Positions 1-15,800 of a DNA stretch of 64,000 nt are shown here, in pieces (positions within the stretch are counted from its first letter, which is position 1; the number at the start of each line of letters is the position of its first letter). Below the pieces are notes generated by a model. It saw only the letters and a list, made by a program, of their open reading frames with translations, ran no database searches and had not been told where the DNA came from. Both the position numbers and the translations under genes were made by a program. Origin of the DNA: Camelus ferus (taxonomy: Eukaryota); assembly GCF_009834535.1 (NCBI RefSeq), contig NC_045715.1, forward strand, positions 20,894,001-20,958,000, written 5' to 3'.

Positions 1-511
1 GCCTCTTGGTGGCATTCAAGTCCCAGGGCTCTGGGACTAAAGTTCCTCAGGTGGGGGTGGCTTCCAAGTCAGGTTCCTGGTGGGGGAGTCCCAGGTCCTA
101 CCAACACATGGCTTACTCGGACATGCTGCATGTCCACACGTGCCGTGCATGTTGTCAGCTCCTTCCTGATGCCAGAACCACATGGTCTGCTTTTCATAGT
201 CCCCCTGTACCACTGTGAAACCACGGGAGTGGTAGCTAGCAGGCGGCTAAAACAACCCAAGTGCTTTGGAAACCCCATCTTTGAATCTTGGGACTTTAGA
301 GTGGTCTTTAGTGGGGTTATGCAATAAACATTTGTAAGGGGAAAGGCTTTTCATGTTTAAACAGGCAATGTCTAACTGGATATCAAAGGTCTGAGTTTAT
401 CACACCAATTGATATATGCATTTCCAGTGTTTGGGGAAATGGCGTGATTCCCTTCTCCCAGGTGGCAGGCAGGAAGTTTCTAAGAGAGCTTTTCGTCTTT
501 GGATATTCCAG

Positions 512-5841
<5,330 letters not shown>

Positions 5842-6069
5842 TCATGGCCACCGAGGCCTTTGCTGTCCTGCCGGGACCTGCCATCTCTCCCATTTCCTAT
5901 CTTTCAACTTTTACCCTCAGACTCCGTGACCCATCCCCTCTCCCTGCTCTGAGTAAACCCCTGCCTCTAGGAACCCGAGGCGAGGCAGCCAGCGGCACAT
6001 GCAAGCCGGGGAATCCCCAGGGCTCCTGCCGGCGTGGAGATCCTCGGCTTTACTTGGCTCACTCTTTCC

Positions 6070-6093
6070 TTTCACTTTCACGTGGAATTTCCC
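6070..6093 (-). promoter_or_regulatory. IRF element plus NF-kB site in the C2 3' UTR (upstream element of CFB)
   Basis: Minus strand reads GGGAAATTCC (6084-6093, canonical kB) followed by GAAAGTGAAA (6070-6079, IRF-E). The C2 3' end is known to carry cytokine-response elements for factor B. Confidence 0.7.
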
Positions 6094-6105
6094 AGTTATG
6101 AAATT

Positions 6106-6111
6106 AATAAA
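6106..6111 (+). terminator. C2 polyadenylation signal
   Basis: AATAAA about 265 nt after the C2 stop codon. Confidence 0.85.
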
Positions 6112-6386
6112 AATCAATGATTTCCTCATCTATCTGTGCCTCTACCTGGGTCCTGTGGGGAGAGAAAAGCCAGAATGATTCCAGGAACTGCAAGAAGGCA
6201 GGTCAGAGACCCTTCTGGACAAACAATGGCTGGACTCTGCTCCATAACAGAGTCAACAGGGGAACCAGTGAGGGCCTTGTGTCTGGTCCCTAAGGGGTAG
6301 GGGGCTTGTTGGGGAGGAACGAAGGCTGAGAGGAGGTGTTGACAGGAAGAATCCTGGATCCTGGGCAGCCAAAGGTGGGATTTTGC

Positions 6387-6506
6387 AGTTTCTGTTTCCT
6401 TGACTGGCAGCTCAGAGGGGGGCCCTCCCGCTCGGACATTCCGGAAAGTGATGTGGGTAGGGTGGGTGGGGCGAACAGCAGGCGCCAGAACACAGGTTGC
6501 ATAAAA
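6387..6506 (+). promoter_or_regulatory. CFB proximal promoter (ISRE, GAS-like site, TATA-like box)
   Basis: ISRE AGTTTCTGTTTCC 6387-6399, GAS-like TTCCGGAAA 6439-6447, CATAAAA 6500-6506, about 150 nt upstream of the ATG. Confidence 0.7.
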
Positions 6507-6656
6507 GGCTGGAGGTTGTAGGGGGCAGGGGAAGGGCGCGTGACACAGCCCAGGTCTGGAGCTTCAGCTTGGAAAAGCCCGCCAAGCAGACACATAGCAG
6601 AAGCTGAGACAGGCCGTCCTACCCGCAGCCCCAGCTTCTCCCTGTCTTCCAAAGCC

Positions 6657-9600
6657 ATGGGGAGCAGTCGCAGCTGCCGACCCTGCCTAGCCCCCTTGAT
6701 CCTGGCCCTCTTGTCTGGAGGTAAGTGCCCTCACAGGCTCCCTCCTGCTGCCCCCAGGATCCCTCCTTGGCCTTGTGAGCCTGGGCTTCACGGGCCTTCC
6801 TCTTTAGGTGTGAGCATGACGCCATTGCCTGAGGCTGGGCCCCAGAGCACCTGCTCTCTGGAGGGAGTAGAGATCAAAGGTGGCTCCTTTCGGCTGCTCA
6901 AGGAGGGGCAGGCACTGGAGTACGTGTGCCCTTCCGGCTTCTACCCATACCCTGCGCAGATTCGCACCTGCAGATCCACAGGGTCCTGGAGCACCCTGAA
7001 GACTCAAGACAGAAAGATTGTCAAGAGGGCCGAATGCAAAGGTTGGAGGGCAGCGAAGGGGGGCATGGGCCAGCAGAGGGACGGAGCAGGTGGTGGCCAC
7101 GACCCAGACTTGGACAAGATTAGAGTTGTGTTGAGACCAGGCAGTCTGACCAGGCGGGCTGAACAGGGGTGGGAGCCGAGCAAGGGTTGGCGGTGGGATG
7201 GAGGGAGCAGCAAGGGGGCTAAACTTTATTAAGCATTGACTGTGTCAGGCAGCCCTGGCAGCTGAAAGAACATTCAGAAATGGGGAGGGTAAGTGGCTGG
7301 ACTCCTCACGGGTTGAGGCTAGTAGCTGATCCTGTGGGATCGAGAAGACACTGTTTCTCAGTGACAGGGTCCCCGAGACCAGGAGGGATGTCCTAAAGGG
7401 CAGCCCTTCCCTCTCGGTCACTTCTACTTGTTCCCCTCCCCCAAAGCAATTCGCTGCCCCAGACCACAGGACTTTGAGAATGGGGAGTACTGGCCCAGGG
7501 CTGCCTACTACAATTTGAGTGACCAGATCACTTTCCGCTGCTATGATGGTTACACTCTCCGGGGCTCTGCCAATCGCACCTGCCAAGAGAATGGTCGGTG
7601 GGACGGGCAAACGGCCATCTGTGATGATGGAGGTGAGAAACTTCTCCTCTCCCCATGACGGCACCCTTGCCCTGACCACCTCAGCCTGAGGAACTGGCAC
7701 CAGAGCTCTTGTGCTCCACCTTGCTCTCCGGGCCTCCGGCTTTGGCCTTCACCTCCGCATCTCATGCTTCCGCAGCGGGGTACTGCCCGAACCCGGGCAT
7801 CCCCATTGGCACAAGGAAGGTGGGCAGCCAGTACCGCCTTGAAGACACTGTCACCTACTACTGCAACCGGGGGCTCACCCTACGGGGCTCCCAGCAGCGC
7901 AAATGCCAGGAGGGTGGCTCTTGGAGTGGAACGGAGCCTTCCTGCCAAGGTGACTCTTGAGCTGGACAGTCAGGTCAGATCTTGCTCACCATCCTCACAT
8001 CCCCACACAAGGGCACTGCCTTCTCCCTACTGCAAGCCAGCTCCTTCCTCACTCTTAAACATCCCTTTAGGACTCCCTCACTTCTGAGCCCTTTCCACCC
8101 CAGAAATCCACCATACCCTGTCTCTCTGGTCACTGCGTCCCTGACCTCCCAGACATTTGACCTGATTTCTGACCTCTCTCAGACTCCTTTATGTATGACA
8201 CTCCTGGAGAGGTGGCCGAAGCCTTCCTATCCTCCCTGACAGAGACCATAGAAGGAGTTGATGCTGAGGATGGACACATTCCAGGTGTGAAGGCAGAGAT
8301 GGGAAGCGAGGTGGGGGTGGGGTTGGAGGATGAAGGGGCAGGAGAACCATGAGTCTCTCTGGTGGCACCCAGGGGAACAACAGAAGAGGAGGATTGTCCT
8401 GGACCCCTCGGGCTCCATGAACATCTACCTGGTGCTGGATGGATCAGACAGCATCGGGGCCCACAACTTCACAGGAGCCAAGAACTGTCTCAGAGACTTC
8501 ATTGAGAAGGTGAAATCCCCTCCCCTTGAACGTGGGGACCCTGAATGGATCTGGCTGCCCTGCTGGGATTAGCTCTTGGAGCTCCCAGCCGCTCTGAGCC
8601 ACAGGGTCCCAGAAAATCTCCAGGTCCTGTTCTGTCCTCCTTCACTTTTACTTGAAGCAGTTTCTTGACCTTTAACCCAGACTCCTCCAAGAACCCCAGG
8701 GTGACGAGTCAGTCCTTGAATCTCTTACTCTGGCCTTCCCTACCTGTCCTAGCAAAGCTACTGAATTCTCCCACTTGCTTCCCTCACCCACAGGTGGCAA
8801 GTTATGGGGTGAAGCCAAAATATGGTCTAGTGACATATGCCACATATCCCAAAGTTTTGATCAAAGTGTCTGATGCAAAGAGCAGTGATGCAGACTGGGT
8901 CACAGAGCAGGTCAACCAGATCAACTACGAAGGTCAGAGGTCAAGGAAGGGAATGGTGGGAGGTTCACTTTGGGGTCAGAGGGATCAGAAGTTTCAGGGG
9001 TGTTGTGGGGAGTGGGGAGTGAGACCATATAGTGGGGCAGGGAGGACTACTTTTTCTAGCTGGACAGCAGGGTCACTGGGGAGTCTGTTGGAACTGAGAG
9101 GGTCACTTTGTCATCAAAGGGAAGTCAGTGGGGGTGACAATTAACTCAGAAAGTTCGAAAATGTGGGTTACTGATAGGCCTCTGGGGACACGGATGGCTT
9201 GGAAGACCAGGTGAGGTGATGATTTCTTCCCTTTCCACAGATCACAAGCTGAAGGCAGGGACAAACACAAAGAAGGCCCTCCTGGAAATATACAACATGA
9301 TGAGCAGGGAAGTGAACACCTTACCTGAAACCTGGAACCGCACCCGCCATGTCATCATCCTCATGACTGATGGTCAGAGGGGCCTTTCTCCTGCCCGACT
9401 CCCCACCCTCTCACACCAGCGTATGGCCTTAAGTCCACATGTAACACTGGACTCATGGCTGGGCCCTGACCGCTGCTCAGGGCCCTGAATTTGTCCATCT
9501 CTCCTGGGAACCTTTATAAGGAGGGACCCTTTTCTTTAAAGCTATGAGCTGTCACTTCCATCACCTCCCCAATCTGCTCACTCAGCCATAGGTGTCACTC

Positions 9601-12532
9601 CTTCTAGCCAGTTTCTCTTCCTTGACCCTCTCCCCTCCTTGTCTCCTACCTTCATGGCCCTGTCTCTCCTGCAGGCTTGCACAACATGGGCGGGGATCCA
9701 GTCTCTGCCATTCATGATATCCGGGACTTGCTGGACATTGGTAGAAGTCGCAAAAACCCAAGGGAGGATTATCTGGGTGCGTTTCAGTGCCCAGGACCCA
9801 GCACCCCACTTTCTCAGCTCCTGCCCACTTAGGGCCTTGACCCTCACTCTCCCTTTTTCTCCCTCAGACATCTATGTGTTCGGGGTTGGGCCTCTGGTGA
9901 ACCAAGAGAACATCAATGCTTTGGCTTCCAAGAAGGATAAAGAGCAACACGTGTTCAAAGTCAAGGACATGGAGGACCTGGAGAATGTTTTCATTCAAAT
10001 GCTTGGTAGGCAGATACCGGAAGGGTAGAAGATGGTCAGGAAACTCAGTCCTCTCCAGGCCTCCCAAGGTCACTCATTCGTCCACTCCTCCCAAAGCCCT
10101 GGCAGCCTGCAAGTCCTTTCTCATTCTTTCCTCTCTACCTCGGTGTCACTATTCTTGCCTCCTGGCACTGTCCATTCCCTGATTTTAGACTCACAGGGCT
10201 CTGATTGAAGTCGGAGAGCTTTCTAGAGTCCCTTGTTTTACAGATGTGGAAATTAAGGCCCAGAGAGATCCAGGAACAGCAGGCTAGCAAGAGTTGGGCC
10301 TGAAAGTCGCTGGGTCTCTAATCCGAGTCCCATGTTCTCTTCACGATACCAGTGGTTTCTTACTCTCAGCATAAAGAAGCAAGTGCCCCTGCCCCTCCCT
10401 TCCTCCTATGGGCCTCTGCTCCCCAAAGACACATACATGTCCCTCCCCAAGACTGCTGCCATTTGGAAGTGAAGGGCCAGCTTTCAGCACATTCTCCTTT
10501 CTTGCCAGATGAAAGCCGGACTCTGGGCCTCTGTGGCATGGTTTGGGAGCACAAGGGAGGTACTGACTACCACAAGCAACCATGGCACACCAAGATTTCA
10601 GTCACTGTAAGTGCTGGTGGGGACTCATGGGAGGTGAGGTCAGGGTGAAATGAAGGTGGGGGAAGAGCAATCTGTTCACATTAGGTTGTGGTGTTTGTGA
10701 AAGGCGAGCTTCCCCCCTCTGCTGCTCTGTTCCTAGCGCCCTTCGAGGGGACATGAAAACTGTATGGGTGCTGTGGTATCTGAGTACTTTGTGCTGACAG
10801 CCGCACACTGTTTCACGGTGGAGGATGAGGCTCACTCAATCAAGGTCAGCGTGGGTAAGGAGGCAACCAGTCAGTCCTGACCTTCAGCCGTGCCCTCTGG
10901 GCAGGACCTGCCACTTCTTGAGCCCACACTCCACCGGTCCTCAATGTAGCTCCCTCCCTTGCATGCTGGACCAGTTAGGGATGGGGAAGACTGAAGTTAC
11001 GGATGACACGGGGCTCGAGGCAGGAGGCTTCTCGCAAAGAAGTGAGTGTTCTACAAGTACCCACTTTCCTACTTCAGGAGGGAAGAATCAGGCCCTGCAG
11101 ATAGAGGAAGTCATATTTCACCCAAACTATGACCTCAATGCGAAAAAAGCAGAAGGAATTCCTGAATTTTATGACTATGATGTGGCCCTGATCAAACTCA
11201 GGAAGAAGCTGACATATGATCAGACCACCAGGTGAGCCAGCTGGATCCCTGAGGAGAAAAGGCCGGGAGAGGGAGGGCTGGGAGACTGGGGCAGGTCCAG
11301 AGTTCGCCATCCCTGAGTGTCCCTGTCTCTCCTTAACAGGCCCATTTGTCTCCCTTGCACTGAGGGATCCAATCAAGCCTTGAGGCTTCCAAGGCTAACC
11401 ACTTGCCAGCAACAGAGTAAGACATATTCTGGGAGAGGAGCAAAAGGGTGAGATTCCAAGAGGCAAATGAGGCATGAGGGGGAGCTGTAGGTGATGCCCA
11501 GCCCAGGCTCCAGCTCACACGAAGGGGCTGAGGGACATTGGCTGAGTGACAAAGACAATGGATAGATGGTGGGGGGGTGGAAGGGTGCCAAAATGACCCC
11601 GTCTGTCCACTTGTCTAGGGGAAGAGCTGCTCCCTGCAAAGGATATCAAAGCTCTGTTTGTGTCTGAGTTGCCCAAAGAAAAGAAACTGATACGGAAGGA
11701 GGTCTACATCAAGAATGGGGAAAAGGTGAGGAACGTGGGATCCTGAAGGGGTCCTTTAGGCCCCAATTCTTCCTAAGCAAGCTCTGTTCTTCACCTCTTC
11801 CTCCTCTGTGCTTCCTACCCCACCTACAGAAAACCGCCTGTGAGAGAGATGCTCTGCATGCCCCAGGCTATGACAAAGTCAAGGACGTCTCTGAGGTGGT
11901 CACCCCCAGGTTCCTTTGCACTGGAGGGGTGGCTCCCTACGCTGACCCCAACACTTGCAAAGGTGAGAGAAGGCTCTTTGGTTGTGCTGTAAGTTCCTGG
12001 GACCCAAGAGTCTCTTCCCCTACAGCTCTTCCTCCCCACAGGTGATTCTGGTGGCCCTCTGATTATTCACAAGAAGAGTCGCTTCATTCAAGTGAGTTTC
12101 CCCTTTCCTAACTGTGGGGAGATGCCAGGTGGTCAGTGTTGTGTCCCACAGCAGGAAAGCTCAATGCATGTGGCTGGAAAGCGGAGGGTGGAGCCTGCCC
12201 TGCCTTAGGACTCTTCCTTAAACTGGCCAACTTAGGGCTGTGTGTCTGGTCTGTGTGCTGGAGGATAAGACTGAGCTGGGCCCCTGGTCTAGTCCTCCCA
12301 CGTCAGCTCAAATGCAAACAGCTGCTTCCTGGGATTAGGAAGGAATTCCGCCCAGTGACCGGTGGTATCCCCTCGCCCTCTCCAGGTGGGTGTGATCAGC
12401 TGGGGCGTTGTGGATGTCTGCAAGGGGCAGAAGCAGCCACCTGCTCATGCCCGAGACTTCTACATCAACCTCTTCCAAGTGCTGCCCTGGCTCAAGGAGA
12501 AACTCAAAGATGAAGACCTCGGTTTTCTATAA
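6657..12532 (+). CDS. CFB: Complement factor B, 18 exons, 763 aa
   Basis: Exons 6657-6720, 6808-7041, 7447-7632, 7776-7949, 8183-8284, 8373-8509, 8794-8932, 9241-9372, 9675-9776, 9868-10005, 10509-10606, 10737-10854, 11078-11231, 11340-11416, 11619-11725, 11830-11962, 12042-12091, 12386-12532 (2292 nt). Three CCPs, factor D site QQKR|RIVLD, MIDAS DGSDS, TAAHC, YDYDVAL, GDSGG. Confidence 0.98.
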
Positions 12533-12565
12533 GGGGTTTCCTGCTGGAAAGGGGCATGAGATCAA

Positions 12566-12571
12566 ATTAAA
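12566..12571 (+). terminator. CFB polyadenylation signal (ATTAAA)
   Basis: ATTAAA 33 nt after the stop codon. Confidence 0.75.
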
Positions 12572-12803
12572 ACAGCTGCGACAACACCTGTGTTCAAGAT
12601 CCTTTTGGGGTAAAGGAATGGGGAACGTGCGCTGGCCATGTTGTTACAACTGAGATCAAAACTAACGGCTGTTTTTAAAAGCTTGACCCCAGTCCCAAGT
12701 GCTGAAAAACCAGAGGCTGAGGGAGATCTGTAAGCTTCCACCTCAGTGTTTTACTGAGACCAGCGTTGGGGCAGATGAGGCACACGGAATCCAGCTTCAC
12801 TCC

Positions 12804-15800
12804 CTAGAAGCCGTCCACAAGGTTTTCCTTGTAGACGTCATCACTGTAGACAATCTGGGTCCTCTTGTCCCGGTGGCAACCCTTAGGGCTATTCTGGACA
12901 GCTAGGGAGGGAGGAAAGGATTTGTTAAGGTCCGAAGGAGAGCACTGAGGAGACCTGAGGCCCAGAGTCTGACCACCTCAACACCTCTGCCCTCTCTCTG
13001 GCCCTTGGCGGCCCAGCCTCCATGCTGCCCTCTGGTGGCTGGATGGCCTTTCTAGCTTTACACCACTTAGGTAAGAAATCTCAAATGTTACTGTTGAGAC
13101 ATGTGAATGATGTTAACCTACTACTTTCAGTCAGTACACCAAAAATTAAAAATTAGAAAACCTTTATAGCCCTTTGTTAACATGCAGATCATTTCTGGCT
13201 CCTTCCTCTTATATAGAGTGCCACTCCCACTCTGAACCCCTTTGCACCCATCCCTTTGCACGAAAATCCATTTCAGGTAAAATGAGTTATTTGCCCCATT
13301 AGGAGAACTCACTCCAGGTGTAGCTCTGGCCGCAAGAATTCTCCCTCGAGCTGCCTCTCCCCTTCCTCTTCCCTCCCCACACCGTGCCCCTCCACGCTAT
13401 CTCTGGGGCTAGAGTGAACCCCTCACACCAAGCCCCGTTCTCCTGGAGCTGTGTATCTTGACACTGCTGATCATTTCCTCCTTCTCAAAGCTTGTACCCT
13501 TAGGCTTCAACAACCCTCGACGGTGCTGCTCTCAGCACCGTGACCTCTCCTTCTGTCTCCTTTGCTGCATCCTCGACTTCCGCCTGACATGTCGGGAGGC
13601 TGGGGATGTGTGGGGAGTGAGGAGGACAGCCCTGCTCCCTAACACAGTCTCCGAATACTCCTCAAGCCCAGTCCTGGGTCATTTTTCCCTCCAAATTCAG
13701 TCTCCCCCACCGATACTACCGCTTTGCAGCTACCCTGTGATACAGAGGACTCTGATCTGTGTTTTCATTGCTCACCTCACACCTGAGTTCCAGACCCCTA
13801 ACGTCAAAGGCTTATTTTACAAAACCAGCTATACTCCATCTCAAAATGAACATGCCACATGAGATGCTCATTTTCCTCACCAAGCTGACTGACTCACTCC
13901 CCTCTTCCTCCCTGTGCTGGTACTGCCTTAGAAATTATCTTCAATCCTTTTCTCTCCTTCTCCTGCCTCTAACAGGGGGCCAGACAATTCTTCTTCTCAT
14001 TCCCGCAGCCGCCACACAAATCCAGACCTCTGCCCCCTCTAGGGAACCCAGAAACATGCAGGAGAACAAAAAAAGGGGTGGCCTAGTGAGGGACAGGATG
14101 AGGGAGGAAGAATCCTGTTCTTACCCAGGGAGCCCCAGACAGACTTGCCAGTGGCGGCATCCAGCATGGGCTGTTTTCGGGCAATGCTGACTTTGAGCTG
14201 TACGGACTCCACCTGGGTCCCGTTGAGCTGGGGCAGAAGAGGGGAGGGGGCAGCGGATGGGGGGGGGAACATTACAGACAAACTAAAGGAGGATTTCTAG
14301 GCGCTGCCACCCTAGAAGTAGATTGAGTAGGGATCTGAGGGTATAAAGTTTCCTGTGTGAATAGGGAGGGACTTTTTGTCAAGAGGAAATGATTTCCTCC
14401 TGGATCCCAGCATTTTAAAAGGAAAATAGGAGGATGGCAGGAGGGATGGGAAGAACAGATCTGGGAAGTCCCAACCTCAGCAACGGCCTGATCTGCTGAC
14501 TCCATCTTTTCGTAAGTGACGAAGGCACAGCTGGGATGAGAAAACACAGGGTCAGTAGAGGGCCTATGGGCTCTTCAGGACCCCGCCAAACCCAGTGTAA
14601 CAGGCTGTGGAGACAGGCGAGCTTCCTCCCTTAGGGCTCACACCCCAGGTCCTCCTAGGACTTATCATCTTTCCTCATGGTCGTCCTTACTTTCTGGGTG
14701 GGTCCATGGAGAGGTCAATGATGTTTCCAAAGGGAGAGAAGGCCCCACGGAGGAGGGTGGGCGTCATGTCTTCTCCATACACATAGAGAGTATTCCCCTT
14801 CCGCGGGGCCCGGCGTTCAGGGAATGAGTCCGACCCTACAGGACAGGAATTAGTCATGAGGCCTAGTCTATCTCACCCTCCACTTTAAGAGTCCACTTTA
14901 GTGGGACTCACCTAAAACTTATCTGAGGTCACTTCCCCACCAGCCAAGATCACTCACTGCGGAAAGGGCCCTCTCGGTCCCGATCCCTGTCCCGGTCTCG
15001 ATCTCGGTCTCGGTCCCTGTCCCGATCTCTGTCCCGGTCTCGATCGCGGTCTCTGTCCCGGTCCCGGTCTCGATCCCGGTCTCGGTCCCGTTCCCGGTCT
15101 CTGTCCCGGTTCCGCTCACGACTGCGGTCCCGGCTGCGGCTTCGGGGTGGGGAGGCTGAGGAGCGGGCACCACCACGTTCTTCATAACCCCAGTCAAAGC
15201 TTCGAGGGGGGCCATCACCAGCCCCTGAGACCTCTGCTTCTTCCCCATCTGGCCCCAGTTCCCGAAGCCGATCACTGGAAGATACAAAACTGCGGAGAGG
15301 CAGACAATGAGGATCAAAGGGGGCCTCTACTTCATCTTCCCAGATCCTGTGGAGACTCAACACTCCCTCCGTAGCCCCAGCTCCTCCCACTCCAGTCCCG
15401 AATCGTCTAAGGACCCAGGCGATGCCCCCACTATTTTCCTCCCCTCCCCAGCCAAAGGGGACCCAGTCCTATCTTTCTCTAACCTCTCATACAGAGATTT
15501 CCTCTGGGGACGTCTGGATGACTGAAAGAGAGACCAAAGACAGGTAAGACGATTCCTCTTTGCTGGCATGTGGCCCCAAATACGTGGGTTTCTCGTCTTT
15601 TTCAATCCTGGGCCCCTCAGAGACAGAAAATTGGAAACAATTACCTCCTGCAGATCGTCGTCGGCAGATACACTCCTCTGGAATGGCTGGAAAGTGGGGA
15701 CTGGCCCCTTCTCAGGGTCCTGGGAAGGTGGGAGAGAGCTACCTCAGCGGGGGGAGCAGGAGGCTACCTAACCATGGGATGGTGGGGGTTCCTCCTCCCT

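Noticed and set aside
1-340. Short ORFs and AATAAA (about 323-328) in C2 intron 7, possibly a retrocopy
   Set aside because: No recognisable protein, no poly-A tract and no target-site duplication. A BLAST search would be needed.
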